NCBI GenBank assembly: GCA_028718865.1
Contig: JAQUKX010000004.1
Location: 35,753-99,752, forward strand
DNA from: Patescibacteria group bacterium
GTDB lineage: Bacteria > Patescibacteriota > Patescibacteriia > UBA1558 > GWA2-36-10
Length of the DNA: 64,000 nucleotides
Reading direction: 5' to 3'
Shown: piece after piece, positions 1-9,641 of the stretch
Position numbering within the stretch: position 1 is the first letter of the stretch
Layout of the letters: every line of letters begins with the position of its first letter
Made by a program: the position numbers and the translations under genes
Notes under the pieces: model-generated
The model's input: the letters and a program-made list of their open reading frames with translations, nothing else
Told to the model about the DNA's origin: nothing
The model's database searches: none

Positions 1-321
1 AAACAAAATCCAATTGAGACTCAAGATTATCAAAACAGTCAAGCAGGCCAAAATTACCTTCAGAGAAAATATCTGATGGAACCATTTCCGCGAATCTTCC
101 GACTCTCTGGCCACTTCTCTAATGATCAAAGGCGACAAGCCCAAGTCTATCAACACTGAAAACATACTGGCAAAAGAAATGGCAAAAAAATACTGACCAA
201 TGCCTACTGTGCCTAAATTTCTAGCCAAAAAAGTAAAATAAACAAAAGAAAGAACCTTTTGCAGAACCAAGGCCGTCATAAAAAAACTGGTATTGGCAGC
301 GATTTTTTTCCCGCTTAGCAT
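1..321 (-). CDS. Wzx/MurJ-like oligosaccharide flippase, N-terminal part (runs off window)
   Basis: Manual translation MLSGKKIAANTSFFMTALVLQKVLSFVYFTFLARNLG...DLGLSPLIIREVAR; typical polysaccharide-export flippase N-terminus. Confidence 0.75.
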   Translation of the reverse strand, partial: MLSGKKIAANTSFFMTALVLQKVLSFVYFTFLARNLGTVGIGQYFFAISFASMFSVLIDLGLSPLIIREVARESEDSRKWFHQIFSLKVILACLTVLIILSLNWILF

Positions 322-372
322 AAGGACATTATAACAAAAAAAAGCTGATAAATAAAGGCAAAAACCATAAAC

Positions 373-399
373 AAAAAGCCCCGTTTCCGGGGCTTTTTT
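373..399. terminator. Bidirectional intrinsic terminator after rpsI
   Basis: AAAAAGCCCCG-TTTC-CGGGGCTTTTTT hairpin with A/T tracts on both sides. Confidence 0.85.
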
Positions 400-411
400 G
401 ATTTTTTAAAC

Positions 412-825
412 TTAACGCTTGGACCACTGCGGTGCCCGCCTAGCTTTCCTCAAACCTGGCTTCTTTCTTTCCTTTACTCGAGAATCGCGGGTCAAGAAAC
501 CTTCTTTGCGCAAAGTGGTTCTCAATTCCTCATTGTCTTTCAGGAAAGCTTTGGCAATACCATTTCTAATAGCGTCTATTTGGCCTTTTAAGCCGCCGCC
601 GTGCACCTTGATTGACAAAGCAACATCATTTTGTCCAATCGCTTTAAGTGGCTTGAGCAAAAAATCCTGCCAATCTTTATAAGCAAAATATTCTTTGTAA
701 TCCCGTCCATTGATAGTGATATTGATGCCTTTGGCTGATTGCTTGAGCACTCTCACTCTGGCCACAGCGCTTTTGCGCTTGCCGACAGCGGGAACATAAT
801 CTTTATTTTCAGTCTTCTTTGCCAT
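412..825 (-). CDS. rpsI: 30S ribosomal protein S9
   Basis: GKRKSAVARV, GGGLKGQ, C-terminal RKARRAPQWSKR. Confidence 0.98.
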   Translation of the reverse strand: MAKKTENKDYVPAVGKRKSAVARVRVLKQSAKGINITINGRDYKEYFAYKDWQDFLLKPLKAIGQNDVALSIKVHGGGLKGQIDAIRNGIAKAFLKDNEELRTTLRKEGFLTRDSRVKERKKPGLRKARRAPQWSKR

Positions 826-827
826 AA

Positions 828-1175
828 TTAACTTATTTTTAATCTCTTAATCATGCCTGCTCGCAATTTATTTTTTGGTAGCATGTCATACACCATATCC
901 CGCAGAATTTTATGGGGATTTTTGACTATCATCTCTTTTAGCTGCCTAGTGCGGATGCCACCGGGATAGCCCGTGGTGCGGTGATAAACTTTTTGTTCTA
1001 TTTTTTTGCCGGAAAAATTAATCTTAGCGACATTGGCAACTTCAACAAAATCTCCGTTATCAACATTAATTTTGTAACTAGGCTTATTTTTACCCTGCAA
1101 TAAAAAAGCAATGTGGCTGGCCAAACGACCGGCAATCTTATCAGCAGCGTCAATTTTGTGGGTTTCTCTAGTCAT
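828..1175 (-). CDS. rplM: 50S ribosomal protein L13
   Basis: IDA..KIAGRLAS, DNGDFV, YHRTTGYPGGI; start placed at MTRETHK. Confidence 0.96.
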   Translation of the reverse strand: MTRETHKIDAADKIAGRLASHIAFLLQGKNKPSYKINVDNGDFVEVANVAKINFSGKKIEQKVYHRTTGYPGGIRTRQLKEMIVKNPHKILRDMVYDMLPKNKLRAGMIKRLKIS

Positions 1176-1185
1176 TTTTTTAAAT

Positions 1186-1536
1186 TTAAACAAATTCAAT
1201 CTGAGCCATTTTAGCACCGTCTCCTTGGCGCGGAGCCATTTTGATAATGCGCAGATAACCCCCTTTTCTCTGGCTATAACGCGGTCCCAAAACATCCAAA
1301 ATTTTCTGCACAGCTTTTTTGTCATGCAAAAATCTAGTCAACTGCTGTTTGTTGTGGATAGACTTTACTCGGCCACGGCTGACAAGCTTCTCCACCAAAG
1401 GCCTCATTGCCTTGGCTTTGGCCTCGGTAGTGACTATTTTTTCATATAAGACCAAAGAAGTGGCCAGGTTTTCCAAAAGAGCCTGACGCGGGGCTTTGGT
1501 TCTGTCTAGTTTCTTGTTTACTTTTCGGTGTCGCAT
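1186..1536 (-). CDS. rplQ: 50S ribosomal protein L17
   Basis: MRHRK, ITT-like IVTTEAKAK, RKGGYLRI, RQGDGAKMA. Confidence 0.98.
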   Translation of the reverse strand: MRHRKVNKKLDRTKAPRQALLENLATSLVLYEKIVTTEAKAKAMRPLVEKLVSRGRVKSIHNKQQLTRFLHDKKAVQKILDVLGPRYSQRKGGYLRIIKMAPRQGDGAKMAQIEFV

Positions 1537-1551
1537 TGCGGTAAAATTATT

Positions 1552-2355
1552 TTACTTGCTTTTCTTAGTTTTGGCCTTTTCTTTTTTCTCTTTGCTTGAT
1601 TTGACTTTTTCCTCTTTGACTGGCTCAATATCTTCTTCCTCTTTTTCTTTATCAGCAGTCTTGGCAGCCGGTGTTTGGACAAAAATCATAAAATGCTCTT
1701 TTAGCACATCAGCCGCCTTAGCAATGGCTTCCTTGGCATCTACTGTGCCATCAGTGACCAATTCCATGCTCAATCTCTCGTAGTTGGTCATTTCGCCGAC
1801 ACGGACATTTTCTATTTTATAACCGACATTTAAAACCGGCGAAAAGCTGGCGTCAATGGCAATGTTGCCTATTTCCAAATTGGCATTTTCTTCTTTTTGT
1901 TCGGTGGTGACATATCCCATACCCTGCTCCACGGTAATTTCCATATTGAGCTTGGCATTTTTTTCAGTCAGATTGGCAATCACTAGGTCTTGATTGATTA
2001 TTTCCACATCAGAATTTTTCTTGATGTCAGCGGCTGTGACTACTTTTTCTCCTTTGACTTCCAAAGTAAGCTTGACTGGCTCTTGGTTATGGCATTTTAG
2101 TCTCAATCTTTTTAAATTGAGCATTATTTCTACCAAGTCCTCTTTGATGCCATCAACTGAATCAAATTCATGCTGAGCGCCCTCCACCTTGAAAGCCGTC
2201 ACAGCTGAGCCGGATAAAGAAGACAAAAGCACTCTTCTTAAAGAATTGCCCACAGTGACGCCAAAGCCCGGATAAAAAGGCTCTATCACCGCCTGATAGC
2301 GGTTGTCACCGAGATCTTTGATGTCTATTTTATCTGGTAATGTAATTTGTTGCAT
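1552..2355 (-). CDS. rpoA: RNA polymerase subunit alpha (N-terminal domain only, charged tail)
   Basis: EPFYPGFGVTVGNSLRRVLLSS, HEFDSVDGIKED, DASFSPV; start at MQQITLP. Confidence 0.95.
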   Translation of the reverse strand: MQQITLPDKIDIKDLGDNRYQAVIEPFYPGFGVTVGNSLRRVLLSSLSGSAVTAFKVEGAQHEFDSVDGIKEDLVEIMLNLKRLRLKCHNQEPVKLTLEVKGEKVVTAADIKKNSDVEIINQDLVIANLTEKNAKLNMEITVEQGMGYVTTEQKEENANLEIGNIAIDASFSPVLNVGYKIENVRVGEMTNYERLSMELVTDGTVDAKEAIAKAADVLKEHFMIFVQTPAAKTADKEKEEEDIEPVKEEKVKSSKEKKEKAKTKKSK

Positions 2356-2380
2356 GTCTCTTATTTTTAGATTTTTTATT

Positions 2381-2998
2381 TTACCTTGAATAAAAGTCAA
2401 CAATCAATGGTACATCAATGTTGGCGGGCAATTCATCTTTGTTCGGACGACTATTGACCGTGATGGTCATCTTATCCTTGTCCACAGCTAGCCAACCAGC
2501 ACTGGCAATCTCTCCCTCTTTTTCACCGAATTTTTTCCAATAATCTTTGCTGATTTTATTGTCTTTTACCTTTATCACCTGCCCCGGCTTGACCGAATAA
2601 GAAGGAATATTATTGTTTTGACCGTCAATGGTAAAATGGCCATGGCTGACCAGTTGACGAGCCAGACGTCTAGTCTGGGCTAAGCCCGCGCGATAAATCA
2701 CATTATCTAGGCGATTTTCCAAAAGAGTAAGAAAATTTTGCCCTAGATCTCCGGGCATTTTTCTGGCTTTATCAAAAGTAAGCCTAAATTGTTTTTCCAA
2801 AATTCCGTAGATAGCTTTGGCTTTTTGTTTTTCACTAAGCTGTTTGCCATATTCGGAAGTCTTGCTAAAAGTCTTTTTGGGACCATGGATTCCTGACGGA
2901 TAATTCCTGCCTTTATCCAAAGGAGACTTGATAGTATCGGCGACATTTTCACCAAAGCGGCGAGTAGCTTTATGTCTTGGTTTGAGATTTCTTCCCAT
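2381..2998 (-). CDS. rpsD: 30S ribosomal protein S4
   Basis: SEYGKQLSEKQKAK, LENRLDNVIYR, ARQLVSHGH; start at MGRNLKP. Confidence 0.97.
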   Translation of the reverse strand: MGRNLKPRHKATRRFGENVADTIKSPLDKGRNYPSGIHGPKKTFSKTSEYGKQLSEKQKAKAIYGILEKQFRLTFDKARKMPGDLGQNFLTLLENRLDNVIYRAGLAQTRRLARQLVSHGHFTIDGQNNNIPSYSVKPGQVIKVKDNKISKDYWKKFGEKEGEIASAGWLAVDKDKMTITVNSRPNKDELPANIDVPLIVDFYSR

Positions 2999-3008
2999 TT
3001 GTTTGCTG

Positions 3009-3407
3009 TTAGACTCTTCTAATTTTCTTAGGCCGACAACCGTTGTGCGGAATCGGGGTAACATCTTTGATCGAAGAAATAGTAAAGCCATTGGCATGCA
3101 AGGCTCTGACAGCTGCTTCTCGGCCGGCGCCGACACCTTTGACAAAAACCTCGACTTCGGTCAATCCGTAATCTTTGGCTTTTTCCGCTGCTGCTCGGAC
3201 AATAACGCCGGCCGCATAAGGAGTGGCTTTTTTTGGCCCTTTAAATCCATTGGCTCCAGCTGAAGACCAAGCCAAAGCATTGCCCTGCAGATCGGTCAAA
3301 GTGACAACAGTATTGTTGTAAGTAGCCTGAATATGAGCTTGACCTTTTTTGACAACCTTTTTGACTTTTTTCTTGCTGACTTTTTTGCTAGTAGTAATAT
3401 TTGCCAT
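3009..3407 (-). CDS. rpsK: 30S ribosomal protein S11
   Basis: [26 protein letters not shown]. Confidence 0.98.
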   Translation of the reverse strand: MANITTSKKVSKKKVKKVVKKGQAHIQATYNNTVVTLTDLQGNALAWSSAGANGFKGPKKATPYAAGVIVRAAAEKAKDYGLTEVEVFVKGVGAGREAAVRALHANGFTISSIKDVTPIPHNGCRPKKIRRV

Positions 3408-3430
3408 AATCTTGATTTTTGGATGCTAAA

Positions 3431-3817
3431 TTATGTCTTTTGAGCTGCCGGCGCTTTGCCGCTACCCATAGTCACTCGTTTATTGCCTCTGACCGTGCGA
3501 GAATTGGTCTTAGTATTCTGTCCCCTGACCGGCAAGCCTTTGACATGCCTGACACCACGGTAACATTTGATTTCCTTGAGGCGCTTAATGTTGGAGGCTT
3601 TTTCCCGGCGCAACTCTCCTTCGGTTCGGAAAGTTTCCAAGCCTTGTCTGATCTGATTGAGTTGGTCTTCACTGAGGTCTTTAACTCTAGTGTCAGGATC
3701 TATCTTGGCGCTTTTGAGTATTTTTTTAGAAAGAGCCAAACCAATGCCATAAATATAAGTGAGAGCCACTTCGACTCTTTTTTCACTAGGGATATTGATA
3801 CCGGAAATTCTTGCCAT
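3431..3817 (-). CDS. rpsM: 30S ribosomal protein S13
   Basis: [30 protein letters not shown]. Confidence 0.98.
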   Translation of the reverse strand: MARISGINIPSEKRVEVALTYIYGIGLALSKKILKSAKIDPDTRVKDLSEDQLNQIRQGLETFRTEGELRREKASNIKRLKEIKCYRGVRHVKGLPVRGQNTKTNSRTVRGNKRVTMGSGKAPAAQKT

Positions 3818-3875
3818 ATTTTTATTAATTGCTTATTTGTCTTTAAAAATAAAAAGCCGCTTAGTCAAAAACGAC

Positions 3876-3989
3876 TTAACCTTGCCTTTGCTTGTGTTTG
3901 GGATTTTTACAGATGCAAATAACTCTATTCTTGCGACGAACTATTTTGCAATCCTTACACATTTTTTTTACTGAAGCTCTGACTTTCAT
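3876..3989 (-). CDS. rpmJ: 50S ribosomal protein L36 (not in ORF track)
   Basis: Manual translation [37 protein letters not shown]. Confidence 0.97.
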   Translation of the reverse strand: MKVRASVKKMCKDCKIVRRKNRVICICKNPKHKQRQG

Positions 3990-3994
3990 ATTTT

Positions 3995-4231
3995 TTATTT
4001 GCGGTAGGTCACGCGGCCCTTGCTCATATCATAAGGACTCATTTCCACCGTTACTTTATCGCCCGGCAAAATTCTGATTTTAAACATTCTCATCTTGCCC
4101 GACAAATGAGCCAATATTTCATGGCCGTTTTCTAAAACTACTTTAAAATTAGCGTTGGGGAGAAGCTCGGTCACTTCCCCATCCATTTCCAGAAAGCCTT
4201 TTTTATTAACTTTCGGCTCCGAAGTAGACAT
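3995..4231 (-). CDS. infA: Translation initiation factor IF-1
   Basis: [32 protein letters not shown]. Confidence 0.98.
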   Translation of the reverse strand: MSTSEPKVNKKGFLEMDGEVTELLPNANFKVVLENGHEILAHLSGKMRMFKIRILPGDKVTVEMSPYDMSKGRVTYRK

Positions 4232-4336
4232 TTTTATTTATTTACAAAAAAGAAAATCTTTATATAAACCAGTTATATAAGAATTTTCTTAAAATAAAAT
4301 TATTAACAATCAATTTTTTTATAATAATGCTCCTAT

Positions 4337-4364
4337 ATTATACAGATTTTTTTAAAAATGTCAA
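4337..4364 (-). promoter_or_regulatory. sigma70 promoter for the infA-alpha operon
   Basis: TTGACA-16 nt-TATAAT on minus strand. Confidence 0.7.
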
Positions 4365-4440
4365 CGATTTGGGGCAAAAGATAATACTTTTAACTTTTAT
4401 CTAAAAAATAAGCTAATATTAGCCAAATAATAAAATGGGC

Positions 4441-5364
4441 TTAAATCACAATCTGCACTTCTTCTGTCAGCTGAATGCCGTACTTATCCCTTATTTGCTG
4501 TTTAATAAAGCTGATAAGCATAATTACTTCTTCAAAACTGGCCTTATTGGCGTTGATAATATAGTTGGCATGCTTTTCTGATATCTTGGCTCCGCCAATA
4601 CTATGACCTTTTAAACCGGCTTTTTCAATCAAATACGCCGCTGGAATTTTTTTAAATTTTTCAAATTTTTCTATTTCCAATTTTCTAGCCTTGAGCGCTT
4701 CAATGTCAGTATCTTCAAACTTTACATTTTTAAAGATACAGCCGGCTGAAGGCTCATTGGGCTGGGTATCCTGTCTATACTGTAATCTTTCTTTGACAAT
4801 TTGCCGTGCCTTTCCCACATCGCCTTTGGTTAGCTCTATTTCTGCTTCTATAATTATCCAGTCTTTTTTTTCTTTAAAAATACTATGGCGATAGGTAAAA
4901 TTAGCCTGTGATCCTTCCATTTCTTTGAGTTCATTATTTTTGTCCAGATAACTTATCTTTTTAACTATACTATCCATAGCTACTCCATAAGTGCCGGCAT
5001 TACCTCTGATAGCTCCGCCCACAGTTCCAGGGACACCAGCAGCAAATTCCAAACCGACCAAGTTTTCTTCCAAAGAACGATTGAGCAAAAAAGCCAAGGG
5101 TACGCCACAACCAACTTTGACTTTATTGTTTTCAAATTCCAGTTGATTAAAATCCAGTTTCAAAACCAAGCCTTTTATCCCCTGATCAGAAACCAGCATA
5201 TTGGTACCCCCGCCCAAAATAGTCAAAGGCTGTTTTTCTGTTTTAGCCCAAGTTAAAGTATCTTGCAAGTCTTTCAAATCGCTGACTTTGGCAAAATACT
5301 GAGCTGGACCGCCAATTTTAAAACTAAGATAATCTTTGAGCAATATATTTTTTTGGATATTCAT
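4441..5364 (-). CDS. murB: UDP-N-acetylmuramate dehydrogenase
   Basis: FKIGGPA, GGGTNMLVSD, PGTVGGAIRGNAG, SAGCIFKN, KHANYIIN. Confidence 0.96.
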   Translation of the reverse strand: MNIQKNILLKDYLSFKIGGPAQYFAKVSDLKDLQDTLTWAKTEKQPLTILGGGTNMLVSDQGIKGLVLKLDFNQLEFENNKVKVGCGVPLAFLLNRSLEENLVGLEFAAGVPGTVGGAIRGNAGTYGVAMDSIVKKISYLDKNNELKEMEGSQANFTYRHSIFKEKKDWIIIEAEIELTKGDVGKARQIVKERLQYRQDTQPNEPSAGCIFKNVKFEDTDIEALKARKLEIEKFEKFKKIPAAYLIEKAGLKGHSIGGAKISEKHANYIINANKASFEEVIMLISFIKQQIRDKYGIQLTEEVQIVI

Positions 5365-5367
5365 AAA

Positions 5368-5964
5368 TTATTTTTCAATTGTTATAAACTCACCTTCTTC
5401 TAAAGCATAAATTGGTAAATTTTTATTCCCATATTTTTCAAGCTCCTTATAGGCCTTTTCCCAGTCTACTGGCCCTCGGGGATCATCAACTCCATAATTT
5501 GATTTATAATGAGGTATAAATTTTATAGGTAGTATTCCCAAACCATCCAGACACTGTCGCCAATCACAAGTCCAAAAATGTGTTGCCATAGCATTTGAAG
5601 AAGCCGAACTAACTGAAACTACTTTTCCTTGCCAAATTTTTGGAAGATCAAATTGCTTTAGCCAATACTGTACCAGATGATCATCTCCGCCAAAAATTAT
5701 AATTGCCTCAGAATTCTTTGTTTGCTCCTCAAATTTATCAGGAAAAGCTAATTCAAAATGAGGAGTGATATTTTTGGGCATCATTTTTTTAAAGCCAGCT
5801 ACTTTCTCCGCAAAATTATTTTCCCAATCCTCTCTTTTTTGGGCAAAAAAACAGAACAAAAGCCTTGGCTTCTCTCCTAAACCCTTGAGAGTTTCTGCCA
5901 CAGATCTCCTAGCTCCTTCTGGATTATTTTTTGATCCTCCTGAATTTATAACATATTTAATCAT
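5368..5964 (-). CDS. Peptidase E/S51-like (class I glutamine amidotransferase-like) protein
   Basis: GGDD, nucleophile-elbow-like VSSASS, GLGILP..FIPHY. Confidence 0.6.
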   Translation of the reverse strand: MIKYVINSGGSKNNPEGARRSVAETLKGLGEKPRLLFCFFAQKREDWENNFAEKVAGFKKMMPKNITPHFELAFPDKFEEQTKNSEAIIIFGGDDHLVQYWLKQFDLPKIWQGKVVSVSSASSNAMATHFWTCDWRQCLDGLGILPIKFIPHYKSNYGVDDPRGPVDWEKAYKELEKYGNKNLPIYALEEGEFITIEK

Positions 5965-6039
5965 ATTATAAATTTAATTCTTTTTAGCGTCAGCGACCAA
6001 GCGACTTGGCTTTGTCCAACGAGCCGAATAATTATCAAT

Positions 6040-7395
6040 TTAATCTACTATTTCTCTAGCCAGATTATCTATATCCCCTGCCCCAATAAACAAAATCAAA
6101 GCATTACTGGGATTTATTTTTTTCAAAATTTCTTTGACTGCGGCAAAATCCTGAGCATAATGTTTTTTGCCATGGTTCATTTTGTCTAGCAAGTCTTGGG
6201 AAGAAACATCTTCGTGCTCTTCGTTTTCCCGCCCCGAGACCTGGTAAATCTCCGATACTATCACTTGATCGGCCAGATAAAAGCATTTGGCAAATTCATC
6301 CAAAAGAGTCTGGGTGCGATTGTGATGATGGGGCTGAAAAACAGCAATTAGTTTCCTGTCTGGATAAAAATCCTTAGCCGCTCTCAGGAGCATGGCAATG
6401 GAATCCGGATGATGAGCATAATCAGAGATCACCAGATTAGTTTTCATATTGCCCACTGTTTCAAAACGACGCCAGCTGCCTTTGAACTCTTGCAAGGCAT
6501 TCCAAATCTGGTGCTTGTTTACTCCCAGCTGGTCAGCCACGGCCATAGCGGCCATGGCATTGTAGATATTGTAGAGCCCGGGAACAGACAATTCTATTTG
6601 TTCAAACTTGTTGGTCGTGAATTTCTGCTGGCCTTGACCTAGTTCAATATTGCCAAAAATATAATCGGCCTGCTCATCTTTGCCAAAAGTAATTTTTTTT
6701 CCCCGACAAGTTATTTTTTGGCTATTGACATCATCTTTATTTATCAACAAAATCCCGTCTGGGGGCAATTTGTCGGCAAATTTCTGAAAATGATTTTTGA
6801 TATCCTCTAAATCTTTATAAAAATCCAAATGGTCTTGGGCAATATTGCTAATCACTATCATCTGGGGCTGGAGCTCCAGCATATGCGCCTGCCATTCACA
6901 AGCTTCCACTAGCAAGATGTCCGATTTGCCCAGACGAAAATTAGTCCCCCACTGCGGTACTAGCGAACCCACTATCACTGTTGGATCTAGACCAGCTTTT
7001 TCTAAAATAAGCCCCAGCATAGCAGTGGTAGTGGTTTTGCCATTGGTGCCAGAAACTGCAATAGTGCGATAATTTTTTGACAAAATTCCCAAAAACTGAA
7101 AATAGCTAAAAACCGGTATGGCCAACTCTCGGGCTCGGGCAAGCTCAATATGATCATCGGGCAAAGCCGAAGAATAAATAAATACATCAATATCAGAAGT
7201 GATGTTGGATTCTTTTTGCTTGAAATTGATATCTATACCCGCTTCTTTGATTCTTTTGGTCACTTCCGACTCCAGCAAATCCGAACCAACTACTTCTTTA
7301 CCCAGATCATGAAAATAATAAGCCAAAGCGGACAAACCAATGCCGCCTATGCCTGATAAATAAACTTTATTTATTTTTTCTAAATTTATTTTCAT
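6040..7395 (-). CDS. murC: UDP-N-acetylmuramate--L-alanine ligase
   Basis: GIGGIGLSALA, GTNGKTTTT, DYAHHP, FQPH, GAGDI. Confidence 0.95.
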   Translation of the reverse strand: MKINLEKINKVYLSGIGGIGLSALAYYFHDLGKEVVGSDLLESEVTKRIKEAGIDINFKQKESNITSDIDVFIYSSALPDDHIELARARELAIPVFSYFQFLGILSKNYRTIAVSGTNGKTTTTAMLGLILEKAGLDPTVIVGSLVPQWGTNFRLGKSDILLVEACEWQAHMLELQPQMIVISNIAQDHLDFYKDLEDIKNHFQKFADKLPPDGILLINKDDVNSQKITCRGKKITFGKDEQADYIFGNIELGQGQQKFTTNKFEQIELSVPGLYNIYNAMAAMAVADQLGVNKHQIWNALQEFKGSWRRFETVGNMKTNLVISDYAHHPDSIAMLLRAAKDFYPDRKLIAVFQPHHHNRTQTLLDEFAKCFYLADQVIVSEIYQVSGRENEEHEDVSSQDLLDKMNHGKKHYAQDFAAVKEILKKINPSNALILFIGAGDIDNLAREIVD

Positions 7396-7451
7396 GCGTT
7401 GATTTATAAAAATTATCAGATCTCCTAGTCAAGCCGAAGATGACTTTTTTA

Positions 7452-8486
7452 TTATTTCTTTAATAATTTATCCATTAATATTTTATAATCATTAACTGCG
7501 TTTTGGGGAAAAAGTTGATAAAGGTTTTGACCCAAAGCTCGGCGCAAATCATCATTGCTCATTAGCTTGTCCAAATACCTGTCCATAATTTGATAATTGC
7601 CCTGCCTGACCATGAAAGCGGCATTATGCTTGGCCAAAAAAGCAGCATTTCTTTCTTGATGACTGGCAGACATAGGCACTAGCACCAGAGCTTTTCGCAA
7701 AGCAGAGGCTTCAGAAATCAAAGACATGCCTGCGCGGGAAATAATAATATCAGCTCTGGCCATTATCTCTATGATTTCTTGAGCCGAAAATTTTATAGGA
7801 TGATAGCCATCCAGATCAAGGCGCTGATCAAAATTCTTCTCTCCCAAAAAATGATAAACTTGATATTTTTCCAAAAGCCGAGGTATAAAAGGCGCCATAA
7901 AATCATTGAGTCCGCGAGCGCCAATGCCGCCACCGGTTATCAAAACGCAAGGAGCAAAGTCTTTGGCCTGCTTAAAATCCAAATCCCTGATTGGATTGCC
8001 AGTCAAAAGAACTTTTTTGCGGGAAAAATACTGCTCTTGCTCGGAAAAAACCACTGTTATTTTTTTGGCCAAAGGAGCAATCAATTTATTGGCCAAGCCT
8101 ATTTCCACATCCTGCTGATGGGCTACTATTGGCACTCGGTAAAGCCAAGCTGCCCAAGCCACTGGTACAGCCACAAAGCTGCCCGCTGTCAAAACCAAAT
8201 CTGCCTTGAATTTTAAAAGTATTTTTAGACTTTGAAAAAAAGCGAGTATCAGGCGGAAAATATCCCAAAAATTTTGCCAGGAAAAATAGCGGCGCAATTT
8301 GCCACTTTTGATAGCCAAAAAATTATCAAAACCATGCGAACTAAGATAATGTTTTTCCGGACCATTTTCAGTGCCAACAAAAAGATAATCCGCTGGGTAT
8401 TTTCGGGCTATTGCCAAAAGCGGACTAACTGACCCAAGAGTGCCCCCGCCTACTAGAATTATTCTTTTTCTATTTTTATCCGCCAT
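7452..8486 (-). CDS. murG: MurG GlcNAc transferase
   Basis: GGGTLGSVSP, GKLRRY, TGNPIR, SRAG, HQERNA. Confidence 0.93.
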   Translation of the reverse strand: MADKNRKRIILVGGGTLGSVSPLLAIARKYPADYLFVGTENGPEKHYLSSHGFDNFLAIKSGKLRRYFSWQNFWDIFRLILAFFQSLKILLKFKADLVLTAGSFVAVPVAWAAWLYRVPIVAHQQDVEIGLANKLIAPLAKKITVVFSEQEQYFSRKKVLLTGNPIRDLDFKQAKDFAPCVLITGGGIGARGLNDFMAPFIPRLLEKYQVYHFLGEKNFDQRLDLDGYHPIKFSAQEIIEIMARADIIISRAGMSLISEASALRKALVLVPMSASHQERNAAFLAKHNAAFMVRQGNYQIMDRYLDKLMSNDDLRRALGQNLYQLFPQNAVNDYKILMDKLLKK

Positions 8487-8489
8487 AAA

Positions 8490-9641
8490 TCAAGCTTTGC
8501 ATTGTCTAGATATATTAGCCAAAATACCCACGCTAATCAAGCTCACTACCAAATTGGTGCCTCCCAAAGAAATAAAAGGCAAAGTAATTCCGGTCAAAGG
8601 CGCTAGCTGTATCATGCCGGCAATATTGATAAAAACATGAATGGCGAAAAATAAGCTAATGCCTATAGCCAGCAGTTTGGCAAAATTATCATCACTATGC
8701 TTGGCGATTTGAAAACCGCGGTGAATAAGAATAAAAAATAAAAAGAGCAAGGCGGCGGAAAATACAAAACCGATTTCCTCGGCAATAATGGCAAAAATAG
8801 AGTCATTGGCTGGATGAGGAATATAGGATTTTTGACGCGACAAGCCCAGTCCCAGGCCAAACCAGCCGCCTGATCCAACCGCAATCAAAGATTGCTTTAT
8901 CTGCCAGCTAATACCCAAAGGATCACTCTTGGGATCAAGCCAAGCCACTACTCTATCCAAGCGATAAGGCGCCAATTTGATTATAGCGACAAAAGCTGCT
9001 GCCAAAGCCAACATAATAGCGCCGAAATGAAGCCAGCTGGCGCCGGCCACAAAAAACATACCAAAACTGATCAAAGCAACTATAGTCAAATTGCCCATGT
9101 CCGGCTGTTTGAGCAAAAGGAAGCCAAACAAGGAAATGAGTAAAATAAAAATTCCGACATTTTTGATATTTTTTATTTTTTCACCCAAGCTGGCAAACCA
9201 GCCGGCAAAAAAAATCAGCACAAACAATTTGGAAAATTCACTGGGTTGAAAAACAAAAGGACCGACAGCTGCCCAAGACTGAGAAGTGCCAAAATCCGCC
9301 CTGAAGAAAAAAACCAAAAGCAAAGAAACAAGCGCTGCTATAAAAAAAAGATAACGCGCTCTTTTATAAATACGATAATCAACCCGCAAAGCCGCATAAA
9401 ACAAAAGTAAGCCCGGCAGTATGCCCCGGAAAATCTGCTGTTTGACAAAACGATAACTGTCGTCAAAACGATAAAAAGCCAAATCTAAAGAAGCTGAGGA
9501 AAGAAAAAACAAGCCAAAAAATAAAAGCAAAGCCACCACTATCAACAAAGTGATATCAGCCGGCCTCTCCTCCTTTTTTCCAGCGATAAAAGGCTCTATC
9601 AGCCAATGCAAAAATTTATTTTTTCTTTTTCTGGCTATCAT
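8490..9641 (-). CDS. ftsW: SEDS peptidoglycan polymerase FtsW
   Basis: FQPSEFSK, QPDMG, GSGGWFGLGLG, LPFISLGG; between murD and murG. Confidence 0.92.
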   Translation of the reverse strand: MIARKRKNKFLHWLIEPFIAGKKEERPADITLLIVVALLLFFGLFFLSSASLDLAFYRFDDSYRFVKQQIFRGILPGLLLFYAALRVDYRIYKRARYLFFIAALVSLLLVFFFRADFGTSQSWAAVGPFVFQPSEFSKLFVLIFFAGWFASLGEKIKNIKNVGIFILLISLFGFLLLKQPDMGNLTIVALISFGMFFVAGASWLHFGAIMLALAAAFVAIIKLAPYRLDRVVAWLDPKSDPLGISWQIKQSLIAVGSGGWFGLGLGLSRQKSYIPHPANDSIFAIIAEEIGFVFSAALLFLFFILIHRGFQIAKHSDDNFAKLLAIGISLFFAIHVFINIAGMIQLAPLTGITLPFISLGGTNLVVSLISVGILANISRQCKA

